Assembly: GCA_965209055.1 (NCBI GenBank) | Contig: OZ242374.1 | Coordinates: 5,888,001 to 5,952,000, forward strand | DNA from: Acidobacteriota bacterium | GTDB taxonomy: Bacteria > Acidobacteriota > UBA6911 > RPQK01 > JAJDTT01 | Reading direction: 5' to 3' | Length of the DNA stretch: 64,000 bases | Part shown: positions 18,533 to 27,046 of the stretch, in pieces | Layout of the letters: each line of letters opens with the position of its first letter | Position numbering within the stretch: the stretch's first letter is position 1 | Made by a program: the position numbers and the translations under genes | The notes under the pieces: generated by a model | The model's database searches: none | Seen by the model: the letters and a program-made list of their open reading frames with translations, nothing else | Told to the model about the DNA's origin: nothing

Positions 18533-19414
18533 GTGACCATGATGAATTCCCTGCCCCTGATCCTGCTGCTGGCCCTCGGCTCTCCCTCGTCAGAAGTCGA
18601 GAAGGGGGTATTGACCAAGATCCAGGTCCTGCTTCGCCAAGGAACCGAAGTCAGCTTCTCCCAACTCCAGAACGATCCTCATTTCGACAGGGAGGAGAAG
18701 GAGTTCATCGGAAGGCTGTTCGAGATCCTGTTCCGGATCCCCGCTTTGGTCAAGAGCGAACTGGATCGGACCGGCGAGCCCCCGACGCGGACGCAGATCG
18801 GAGAACAGTTCGGCGTCGGCGTCCAGTCCATCGAGCTGTTGCTCACCGTCATGGAAATCGATCGCCGGGTTCCCAAGATGTTCGACCGGGACCAGGCCGG
18901 AGAGATCACCAATGTTCACCGGCGGGGAGTGGCGGCCTTTTTGCAGCGTCACGGCAACCCGGTCCGCGTCACCGGCTGGGAAGGAAAACCCGCACCCGGC
19001 TTCGATTTGCTGACGCTGAAGGGCACGAAGCTGTCCAGCGAGAGCCTGAGAGGGTCCAACGCCCTCCTCTATTTCTGGTTCACCGGCTGCCCGCCCTGCT
19101 CCCGCATCTCGCCCATCCTGGAATCGCTCCACCAGCGGTACGAAGACGATCAACTCCGGGTGGTGGGCCTGAACGCCGACCGGATCCTGGAGTTGACGGT
19201 GAACGACCGGGAACGCATCGAATACCTGGAAAAGCACGGGGTCTCCTTTCCCAACGTCCACCTGACCCCGGCGGCCCAAGAGGCCTTCGGCAACGTCAAC
19301 GTCTTCCCCACTCTCTTTCTCCTGGATTCGTCCGGAACGGTGGTCCGGCGCCTGATCAACTACCAGAATCAGGAGACCATGGACCAGGTGGTCTCCGAAC
19401 TGGTGGGACACTGA
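18533..19414 (+). CDS. TlpA/redoxin family disulfide reductase with extra N-terminal domain
   Basis: APGFDL, YFWFTGCPPC and FPTLFLLD motifs; signal peptide. Confidence 0.85.
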   Translation: MTMMNSLPLILLLALGSPSSEVEKGVLTKIQVLLRQGTEVSFSQLQNDPHFDREEKEFIGRLFEILFRIPALVKSELDRTGEPPTRTQIGEQFGVGVQSIELLLTVMEIDRRVPKMFDRDQAGEITNVHRRGVAAFLQRHGNPVRVTGWEGKPAPGFDLLTLKGTKLSSESLRGSNALLYFWFTGCPPCSRISPILESLHQRYEDDQLRVVGLNADRILELTVNDRERIEYLEKHGVSFPNVHLTPAAQEAFGNVNVFPTLFLLDSSGTVVRRLINYQNQETMDQVVSELVGH

Positions 19415-19472
19415 TGCCGGCCGGCGAGCGGCGGCGGCATTCCCAGGCGGCCCCACCCGCATCAGGCATGGA

Positions 19473-20786
19473 ATGAAGCTCTTTCGGGAAATCGGCCTCG
19501 CTTCCGCCGTCTTCCTGGTGGTGGGAAACATCGTCGGAACGGGCATCTACACCACCTCCGGACTCATCGCCCAGGAGATCGGGAGTTCTTCGTGGCTCGT
19601 GGGAATCTGGGTGGCCGGCGGCCTGCTGTCCCTGACCGGAGCCCTCTGCTACGCCCAGTTGGGCGCCCGGACCCCCAGGGCCGGAGGAGAGTTCGCCTTC
19701 CTCTACCCGGTCTACGGCCCCCTGCCCGCATTCCTCTCCGGCTGGGCTTCCCTGATCATCGGATTCTCGGGCCCCGTGGCCGCCGCTTCGCTGGGACTCG
19801 CCATCTACCTGGAACCCTACCTGCCCCTCGCATCGGGACCTCTGGGGAACCAGACGGTGGCGACCTTGGTTCTCCTGGCGGTCACCACCTTGCTCACCGT
19901 GGGGCTCAGGTTCGGAACCCGCCTCCATTCCACGGTGACCCTCCTGAACCTGGGACTGCTCGCCGGGTTCACCTGCCTGGTGCTTTACAACACCCGGAAA
20001 ACCGGTGTCCTCCACGAGTTGAGTGCGGCCGGCGCCTGGGATCCGGAGACGCTGGTCCCCGTGGCTTCGGCTCTGGTCCTGGTCATGTTCTCCTACAGCG
20101 GCTGGAACGCCGCGGCCTACATCGCGGAAGAGATTCGGGACCCGGCCCGCAATCTCCCCAGGTCCCTGTTGCTGGGGACGGTGCTGGTCACCATCCTCTA
20201 CGTCGGGGTCAATCTCGCCTACCTGACGGCGCTTCCCCTCGACCGGCTGCAGGGGGAGGTGGCCGTCGCCCAGTTGGCCGCCGCGGCCGTGTTGCCGTCG
20301 GGGGAATGGATCGTGACGCTACTGATTCTGGCCTCGATCCTGAGTTCCGTCACCGCCATGTCCATCGCCGGTCCACGAATCTACTTCGCCATGTCCCGGG
20401 AACGGCTCTTTCCCTCCTGGTTGGGCGAAGTGCACCTGCGGAAGAAGATCCCCCTGAAGGCCATCTGGTTCCAGAGCGGCATCGCTCTGGCTCTGGTCTG
20501 GATGGGGACCTTGAGGCAGATCCTGCTGTTTTCGGGATTCGTGGTCATCCTCTTCTCGGCAGTGACGGTCTCGGCGCTGCTCCGATTGCCTGTCGACGCC
20601 GGCTCGAGCCGCGGAGCCTGGATCTTGCAGCGGTTTCTGCCCTGGGTCTTCGTCTTGACGAGTCTCACCATCCTGGCCAGCGTGGCGCTCTCCCATCCTG
20701 GAGAATCGCTGGCCGGCGTGGCCACGGTCTGCGCCGGGCTGCCCGTTTACTACTATTACCGGAGGCGCGTCGGATCCGGGGCGTGA
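19473..20786 (+). CDS. APC family amino acid permease
   Basis: GNIVGTGIY, PRAGGEF, FSYSGWN and EEIRDPARNLPR motifs. Confidence 0.92.
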   Translation: MKLFREIGLASAVFLVVGNIVGTGIYTTSGLIAQEIGSSSWLVGIWVAGGLLSLTGALCYAQLGARTPRAGGEFAFLYPVYGPLPAFLSGWASLIIGFSGPVAAASLGLAIYLEPYLPLASGPLGNQTVATLVLLAVTTLLTVGLRFGTRLHSTVTLLNLGLLAGFTCLVLYNTRKTGVLHELSAAGAWDPETLVPVASALVLVMFSYSGWNAAAYIAEEIRDPARNLPRSLLLGTVLVTILYVGVNLAYLTALPLDRLQGEVAVAQLAAAAVLPSGEWIVTLLILASILSSVTAMSIAGPRIYFAMSRERLFPSWLGEVHLRKKIPLKAIWFQSGIALALVWMGTLRQILLFSGFVVILFSAVTVSALLRLPVDAGSSRGAWILQRFLPWVFVLTSLTILASVALSHPGESLAGVATVCAGLPVYYYYRRRVGSGA

Positions 20787-21566
20787 TTATTCCTGGACCT
20801 TCCCGGTCATGGGGACGAAACGGACGGCGAGCACGTCCTGGCGGCGGATCTTGCCCTCCTCCTTCGTCAACAGGAGCAGCTTCTGCACGGTTCCCGGATC
20901 ACCCACGGGAATGACCAGGCGCCCTCCCTCGGCCAATTGTTGCTGAAGGGGCTCGGGAACCCGGCCGGCGGCGGCCGTCACCAGGATGACGTCGAAGGGA
21001 GCCGCCTCGGGCCACCCCAGATAGCCGTCTCCCGCCCGGGCGTGAACGTTCTCGTAGCCGAGCCGTTTGAGCAGGGCCACCGACCTGCGGGCCAGCTCGG
21101 GGACGATCTCGATGGTGTAGACCTGATCCACCAACTCCGCCAGGACGGCCGCCTGGTATCCGGACCCGGTCCCGATCTCCAGAGCCCGGGCGCCCTCTCT
21201 CGGATCCGCCAACTGGGTCATCAGAGCCACGATGTAGGGCTGGGAAATGGTCTGTCCCAGGCCGATGGGCAGCGGGTGATCCTCGTATGCATATTTCTTC
21301 ACGCGCTGGGGGACGAATTCGTGCCTGGGAACCTTGCCCATGGCCTCCAGGACACGACGGTCCCAGATGTCTCGCGCACGGAGTTGGGTGGACACCATCT
21401 TCCGGCGCAGCCGGGGGTAGTCGGCGGCTGCGACCGCAAAATCTCCAGAGTCGCCGGAACCGCAGGCGGCGGCGAGCGGGAACAGAAGAACGGCCAGGAG
21501 CAGCAGGATTCCCCCGGTTCGGGACCGGAGAGCAGCAAAGGCGAGACCGAAGTTTGGCACCATCAT
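20787..21566 (-). CDS. pcm: Protein-L-isoaspartate O-methyltransferase
   Basis: VPRHEFV, GQTISQPY, LEIGTGSGYQAA, GWPEAAPFD and VRFVPM motifs. Confidence 0.95.
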   Translation of the reverse strand: MMVPNFGLAFAALRSRTGGILLLLAVLLFPLAAACGSGDSGDFAVAAADYPRLRRKMVSTQLRARDIWDRRVLEAMGKVPRHEFVPQRVKKYAYEDHPLPIGLGQTISQPYIVALMTQLADPREGARALEIGTGSGYQAAVLAELVDQVYTIEIVPELARRSVALLKRLGYENVHARAGDGYLGWPEAAPFDVILVTAAAGRVPEPLQQQLAEGGRLVIPVGDPGTVQKLLLLTKEEGKIRRQDVLAVRFVPMTGKVQE

Positions 21567-21691
21567 GCGGAATCTCTCCGACTCGAACTGGACACGGACC
21601 GAGTCAGAACTGACTATCGGAAGAGTCTATCCCAGGAGCGTGGGCTACGGAAAATTTGCGGGATGATTTGAATCGCCCTTCCGCTCGTCTC

Positions 21692-24379
21692 TCAAAAGGA
21701 GTACTTGAGCGCGACCTCGATCTCGCGGGAGCGATGGGCCCCGAAGATCTTTCCGAAGAGCGAGGTCCCGACGACGGCGTTGGGCTGGCGGAAGTTGACC
21801 TGGTTAAAGGCGTTGAAGAGTTCCACGCGAAGCTCCACGAGATCTCCGTTGACCAACCGGGTCTGCTTGATCAGGCTGATGTCCCAAGCATGATATCCGG
21901 GACGCCTCAGGATGTTCCTTCCCGAATTGCCGAAGGAGTAGGGCGCCGGCTCGGCGAAGTCCTCCACCGGGAACCACATGTCCACCGAGGAGTCGAACCG
22001 GTCGCCCGGCGTCATGGCAATTCGATCCGCCCGGTCTCCTCCGAGTCCATCGTTATTCCCGTCGCCCGGCACAAAAACGCTGAAGGGCGTCCCGTCCTGG
22101 ATTCGGGTGATGCCCGAGAGCCGCCAGCCGTCCACCAGCTGCAGCAGCGGGTTCCGTCCCTCGCCACCCAGCGTCCGCTCCCTTCCCGGCGGCAGGTCGA
22201 TGATGTAGTTCAAGGAGAACTGGCGAATGGGAACCCCCCGGGCGGAAGCTCGTTCGGCCTTCAGATCTCGCGGGTTCGACGGTTCGCGGCGATAGCGGTC
22301 GTCCAGTGAACGGTGGAACGTAAAGGCGGAACGGAGAGACATGCCGTCGCTCAGACGGCGCTCCGCCGACATAATCATCCGGTGGCTGCTCCCGGATGAT
22401 GCGCCGGTCAAGATCCGAAACCGGCCGAAATCAGGATTCGGCCGCCGGGACTGGATCGGACCGGGCGCCGGGAGCGGTATGTTTCCCGGGAGGACCCGGC
22501 TCCACCCGGTCCTCTTGTTTCCATAGTAGGAGGCCCGCAGGTGCCACACCTCCTGGAAGTCGTTCTCGAGAATCAACGTCCAGGCCTGCACATAAGGCGT
22601 TCTCAGTCCGGTCTCGATCCCGCGGACCACCAGTTCGGGAGGCGCCACGTTCTCGAAGGGGTTCGCCAGGTCCAGATCGGGACTGTCCACGGGGGATTGG
22701 GCGCTTTCCGTGTAGTAGAAGGGATAGTTCTTCCCCAGATAGCGGCTGAAATTACTGCTCCCCACCACCGAATAGTAGAGAGAGTACGAGGCCCGGAACA
22801 CCAATCTGTTGGTCCTGAAGGGCCGGTAGGACAACCCGATCCGGGGGGCCCAGTCGTTGCGGTCGGGGAACACCATTCCGCCCCGTCCCGCCCTCTCCAG
22901 GCCCAGGGACCGGGCTTCGAAGCTGTCGGCAACGACGATCCGGCCCGAGGCCGGGGGCTCGAAGAGGAGCGGAAAGAAACCGGAGATGGTATCGGTGTTG
23001 GACCGGTAGGGAGACGCGTAATGGTAGGCAACGCCGCCTGTCAGCGCCAAAATCGGACTCAACCGCCAGCGGTCCCGGATATAGGCCTGCCACTGGTTGC
23101 GCCGCAAGTCGGTCCTGTCCGATCCCACCGTCCGCGAGGCCACACTGGGCAGACCCAGAACGAAATCCGCAAACCCGTCACCGGTGTAGAACCCGCTGAA
23201 TTCGAATTCGCCGCGGCCGCGGCCTTCGATGTGCGTGTCGTTGACCTGGCGTTGGGTCAGGCTCGTTCCCATGGTCAGGGTGTGATCCCCCAACGCCGTG
23301 GTGGTGGAGAACGAACCGGAGTACCGGTTGCTGAGCCACTTGTAAGGAGATGATGAATCCCCGAAGGAGGCGTAACCCGTGACTTCGAAATCCGGATATC
23401 CTTCGGTCAGGGCGTCGGGAGCGGCCAGGCCCGAAATCCCCACCGAATCCAGCAAACCCACTTGGCCGGAGTTGGGAGACACGCTCAGGCTCAGGTAGCG
23501 GTTGTATCCTATGGAGCCTTCGGTGACCCAGCGGGTCCCCAAGGTCCGGTTGTGGGAGAGGCTCACGGATTGGCTGCGGAGCGTCCGATCCCAGCCGAAG
23601 GCGGGAAGCGGATGAACCAACTTCCCGTCACCGTCGGTCAGCTCGTACTGGAGATAGCTCCTGGCATCGTCGTCGCCGGTATAGTCGACGCGAAAGAGGT
23701 AGGTATCCCGGTTGGTCACCCGGGGCTGGTTGTTGACGAAGTTCCGGTCGGGGTCCGGGCTATTGGGGTCGGGAATGACCCGGAATAGATTCCTGGCGAC
23801 CGGATGCAGCCGGCTCCGGGGAATCTGATTTCCCGGAAACGGCTCTCCCGTCAGCGGATCGACGATGGGGGCTTCGAGACTGCTGAAATCGCCCTGCTTC
23901 ATCTCCGGCGCCGGCACATGCGAGAGCAGAGTCGAACCCTTGATGATGCGCAGGCTCTGGAGACTTCCGAAGAGTTGGATCTTGTCTCCGACCCGGGCGC
24001 CCAGGCTGGCTCCGAACTCGTTCCTCTTGTACTCGGGAAGCGGTTTCCCTCCGGGATCGAAGAAGTTTCGGGCGTCGAGGTTGTCGTTCCGGTGAAACCA
24101 GTACACCGAGCCGTTCAGTCTCCCGGCCTGTTTCGCCGGAAAAGGGTTGATCATCTCCGATAGCGAGGGGGCCGGAGTCGAGGCGGCCGTTTCGCGAGCC
24201 AGTCCGACCTGGTAGTCGCGGATCTGATCCAGGGCGCTCTTCCCGGAACGTCCGCCACTCTCCTGGGAGGCGACTTCGGCCTTCTTGGGCTCGGCCCGGG
24301 CCGAACCCTGATGCCAGAGGCCGAGCACGAGCCCGAAGACGAGCATCGATTTCAAGAGGCGGGAAACACTGGTGCCCAT
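21692..24379 (-). CDS. TonB-dependent-receptor-like (Oar-type) outer-membrane beta-barrel with very short N-terminus
   Basis: FHRNDNLDARNFF, RNEFGASLG, DRNDWAPRIG, FGNSGRNIL, ELFNAFN and C-terminal LKYSF; start at ATG 24379. Confidence 0.85.
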   Translation of the reverse strand: MGTSVSRLLKSMLVFGLVLGLWHQGSARAEPKKAEVASQESGGRSGKSALDQIRDYQVGLARETAASTPAPSLSEMINPFPAKQAGRLNGSVYWFHRNDNLDARNFFDPGGKPLPEYKRNEFGASLGARVGDKIQLFGSLQSLRIIKGSTLLSHVPAPEMKQGDFSSLEAPIVDPLTGEPFPGNQIPRSRLHPVARNLFRVIPDPNSPDPDRNFVNNQPRVTNRDTYLFRVDYTGDDDARSYLQYELTDGDGKLVHPLPAFGWDRTLRSQSVSLSHNRTLGTRWVTEGSIGYNRYLSLSVSPNSGQVGLLDSVGISGLAAPDALTEGYPDFEVTGYASFGDSSSPYKWLSNRYSGSFSTTTALGDHTLTMGTSLTQRQVNDTHIEGRGRGEFEFSGFYTGDGFADFVLGLPSVASRTVGSDRTDLRRNQWQAYIRDRWRLSPILALTGGVAYHYASPYRSNTDTISGFFPLLFEPPASGRIVVADSFEARSLGLERAGRGGMVFPDRNDWAPRIGLSYRPFRTNRLVFRASYSLYYSVVGSSNFSRYLGKNYPFYYTESAQSPVDSPDLDLANPFENVAPPELVVRGIETGLRTPYVQAWTLILENDFQEVWHLRASYYGNKRTGWSRVLPGNIPLPAPGPIQSRRPNPDFGRFRILTGASSGSSHRMIMSAERRLSDGMSLRSAFTFHRSLDDRYRREPSNPRDLKAERASARGVPIRQFSLNYIIDLPPGRERTLGGEGRNPLLQLVDGWRLSGITRIQDGTPFSVFVPGDGNNDGLGGDRADRIAMTPGDRFDSSVDMWFPVEDFAEPAPYSFGNSGRNILRRPGYHAWDISLIKQTRLVNGDLVELRVELFNAFNQVNFRQPNAVVGTSLFGKIFGAHRSREIEVALKYSF

Positions 24380-24441
24380 CCAGATTCGGTGATGCGCGTT
24401 CCTCTGGCGGAACGAAGGATCAGCAGAGCGATGGGGTGGGA

Positions 24442-25173
24442 TCACAACACGAGCGCCCCTTCCACCAACATGTCGGAAACCGAGAAATTGACGCGCAACC
24501 GGCGGTAAACCGACGGGATGTTGACCTCGAAGTTGACTTCCTTCTGGTCCGGCGAGACGACCGGGACACCATCGATCCGGCGGGGAAAGACGAACTTGGC
24601 CCCCACCGCCTCCTCCCGGGGGGCAAAATAGGCGGCCAGTTCGACCCGCGGAAAGCTCTCGGTGGCCAGATACGCCCGGTCTCTCATGGTCTCCAGCGTC
24701 TGGGAATCGAAGAAACGCTTCACTCTGAGTTCCATGTTGGGGTTGTTGGACCGGAAACTGATGGTGACCACGATCCAATGGCTCACGTCCATGTTCAGGC
24801 CGGGGGCAATGCCGGCATCGAGACGGCTCTTTGCCGCCGGGGTCATCTCGTCGTAGCCGTTCTGAATCTGTTGAATGCGGGCATAGGCCCGGCGAATGGG
24901 CGGGGCCGAAAGCAGCCGCACGAAGAAGGAATTGAAGATCTCCTTCTCCCCGTGAATCCCGCTGCCGACGCCTCCTACGACCCGGGTATAGGTCTGCTTT
25001 CGGGCCCAGGGAGACCGGTTCAGAATCCGGGTGGCTTCAGCCAGCGTCCAATTGGAAAATTTTCTTTGCAGAATCTGCTGCGGGTCCGGGACGGCGGCGC
25101 CCACCGACAGGAAGAGCGACAAGATCAGACCCGTTCGCAGCAGCAATGGAACTCCTCGAAAGATTCCGGCCAA
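24442..25173 (-). CDS. Hypothetical exported protein
   Basis: Signal-peptide-like N-terminus and globular composition; co-oriented upstream of the barrel gene. Confidence 0.7.
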   Translation of the reverse strand: MAGIFRGVPLLLRTGLILSLFLSVGAAVPDPQQILQRKFSNWTLAEATRILNRSPWARKQTYTRVVGGVGSGIHGEKEIFNSFFVRLLSAPPIRRAYARIQQIQNGYDEMTPAAKSRLDAGIAPGLNMDVSHWIVVTISFRSNNPNMELRVKRFFDSQTLETMRDRAYLATESFPRVELAAYFAPREEAVGAKFVFPRRIDGVPVVSPDQKEVNFEVNIPSVYRRLRVNFSVSDMLVEGALVL

Positions 25174-25317
25174 TCCCCTCGTTCAGGAACTCACACTCCG
25201 CCGGACCGCGCCTGTCACACCCGGCGACGGCTTGCAAAAATTTTAACACAGGGGACTGCGCGGTCCGGCTGCCCGGACGGAAAGAGAAGCGAATCACTAC
25301 GGGAGCCCGGTGCCCCG

Positions 25318-26853
25318 TCAGGTTCCCGACGAACCGATGGTTTCGGGCTTGTAGCCTCCCCGCGAGCGGAAATAGCCGATCAGGACCAGGTAGCAGGCCA
25401 GCATGACGAGGGGAAGCACGGCGATCCTGGCCAGCGTTCCCTGCTTGGAAACCACCACAACCTCGCCGACGCGCTCCCGGTTCTCCTGGTCGAGACTTCC
25501 CAGAGCGGCCTGATCCAAGGCGTTGTACCGGCCCAGAAGCCCCAGCTTCTCGGTCATGACCCGGGCATGCAGGGCCTGGTCTTCCTGTTTCATCAGGCGA
25601 TCGAACGCCTGGTCCTGAAAGGTGCCGATGAGGGGTCCGCCCAGGACCCCCACCGCCAGCATCCCGACCCCGGCGATGGCGTTCAGGGTCAAGGCCCCGC
25701 CGCGGGGAAAGGACTCGCTCACGACCCCCAGGGTCGCCGGCCAGAAGAAGGTCTTGCCCACGCCGTAGAGCGTGGCGGCCAGGAAAATCACGGAGGCGGC
25801 CTGGCCGGCGGAAGACAACCAGAAAAGGCCGGCGGCGGCGATGAGGGCCGAAACGGCCAGCAGGCCCAAGGGGGAGATTCGGTGGATGATGGGGCCCGCG
25901 AAGAAGCGGAGGACGAACATGATGAGGGACGTGTAGATCAGGACCAGGGCGCCGGCGTCGGGACTGGCCAGCACGGAACTCATCAGGTCGGCGATCCAAC
26001 TGTCGGTTCCCAGTTCGGTCGTCGCCAGGGGCATCATGATCAGCAGCAGGAAGACGAACATGGGCCGTCCCAACGAGCGGACGAAGTAGACGAACGCGGC
26101 CGTCGGCGCCACCACCAGCACCACCTTCATCCAGGGCTCGAGCGCGCTCTGGTGGACCAGCAGGATCTGGTCCAGTCCCTGCACCAGCAGATAGCAGACG
26201 ATCAGGCAGCTCGCCGCGCCGAATTCCCGGAGCATGTCCAGGTAGGGGACGCCGGCGGCCACCCGCTCCTGAACGGGAAACTTCCGGCCCAGCAACAGGA
26301 ACCCGTAAAGGACGGTGGGAATCACCACCAGGCCCACTTTCCATTGCCACAGGCTGCCGGAAAGCCCTCCCGGCGTGTCCCCCGTTCCCAGGGTCATGGC
26401 CAGGAGGCCGCCCAGGACCAGGCCTCCGGGCCAGCCGGCGTGGAGCACGCTCAGGTAGTGCGTTTTCTGCTTGTCGTAGATGGTGGCCACCACGGGATTG
26501 ATCACCGCTTCGACGATCCCGTTGGAAAGGGCGAACAGGAAGGTGCCCAAGTACAGAGTCGAGAAGTCTTCGGCGAAAATGGTGATCACGGCCGACGCCA
26601 AGTGACCCGCGAAGGCGAGCACCATGGAGACTCCGTAACCGATCCGGTCCACTACCAGACTGAAGAGAATGATGGAGATGGCGAAGGGATAGAGGCCCGC
26701 TCCCACCAGGTACCCGATCTGCTCTCCGCTGAGATTGAACTGGGCCCGCCAGTCATCCAGGATCATGGCCCGCACGACGAATCCGAACGCGGTGGCCACC
26801 AGCGCAAAGAAACATCCCAGAAACAGCCTTCGCCCACCGCTTCCATTCGACAT
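25318..26853 (-). CDS. MFS transporter (probable sugar permease)
   Basis: About 12-14 TM segments; VDRIGYG, NGIVEAVINP, LHAGWPGG and GKTFFWP motifs. Confidence 0.88.
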   Translation of the reverse strand: MSNGSGGRRLFLGCFFALVATAFGFVVRAMILDDWRAQFNLSGEQIGYLVGAGLYPFAISIILFSLVVDRIGYGVSMVLAFAGHLASAVITIFAEDFSTLYLGTFLFALSNGIVEAVINPVVATIYDKQKTHYLSVLHAGWPGGLVLGGLLAMTLGTGDTPGGLSGSLWQWKVGLVVIPTVLYGFLLLGRKFPVQERVAAGVPYLDMLREFGAASCLIVCYLLVQGLDQILLVHQSALEPWMKVVLVVAPTAAFVYFVRSLGRPMFVFLLLIMMPLATTELGTDSWIADLMSSVLASPDAGALVLIYTSLIMFVLRFFAGPIIHRISPLGLLAVSALIAAAGLFWLSSAGQAASVIFLAATLYGVGKTFFWPATLGVVSESFPRGGALTLNAIAGVGMLAVGVLGGPLIGTFQDQAFDRLMKQEDQALHARVMTEKLGLLGRYNALDQAALGSLDQENRERVGEVVVVSKQGTLARIAVLPLVMLACYLVLIGYFRSRGGYKPETIGSSGT

Positions 26854-26988
26854 GAATCCACCTCTCTTCTGTTGAACCGGAACCGGAGCCGGTCCCGCCG
26901 CACCCGGAAATTTTGAGGGACACCCCGCCGAGAGTCAATCGACCCGGCAAGCCACGGACAGCACCCGCTAGGGGTGCCCCAATGCGCC

Positions 26989-27011
26989 GGCGGCTGGAAA
27001 GCCGCCGCTCC
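26989..27011. repeat. REP-like hairpin unit, single copy
   Basis: GGCGGCT-ggaa-AGCCGCC followed by GCTCC, same family as 8842 and 49972. Confidence 0.7.
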
Positions 27012-27046
27012 ACCTTGGTAGGATTTCGGCGGCAAGACCACGCGAG

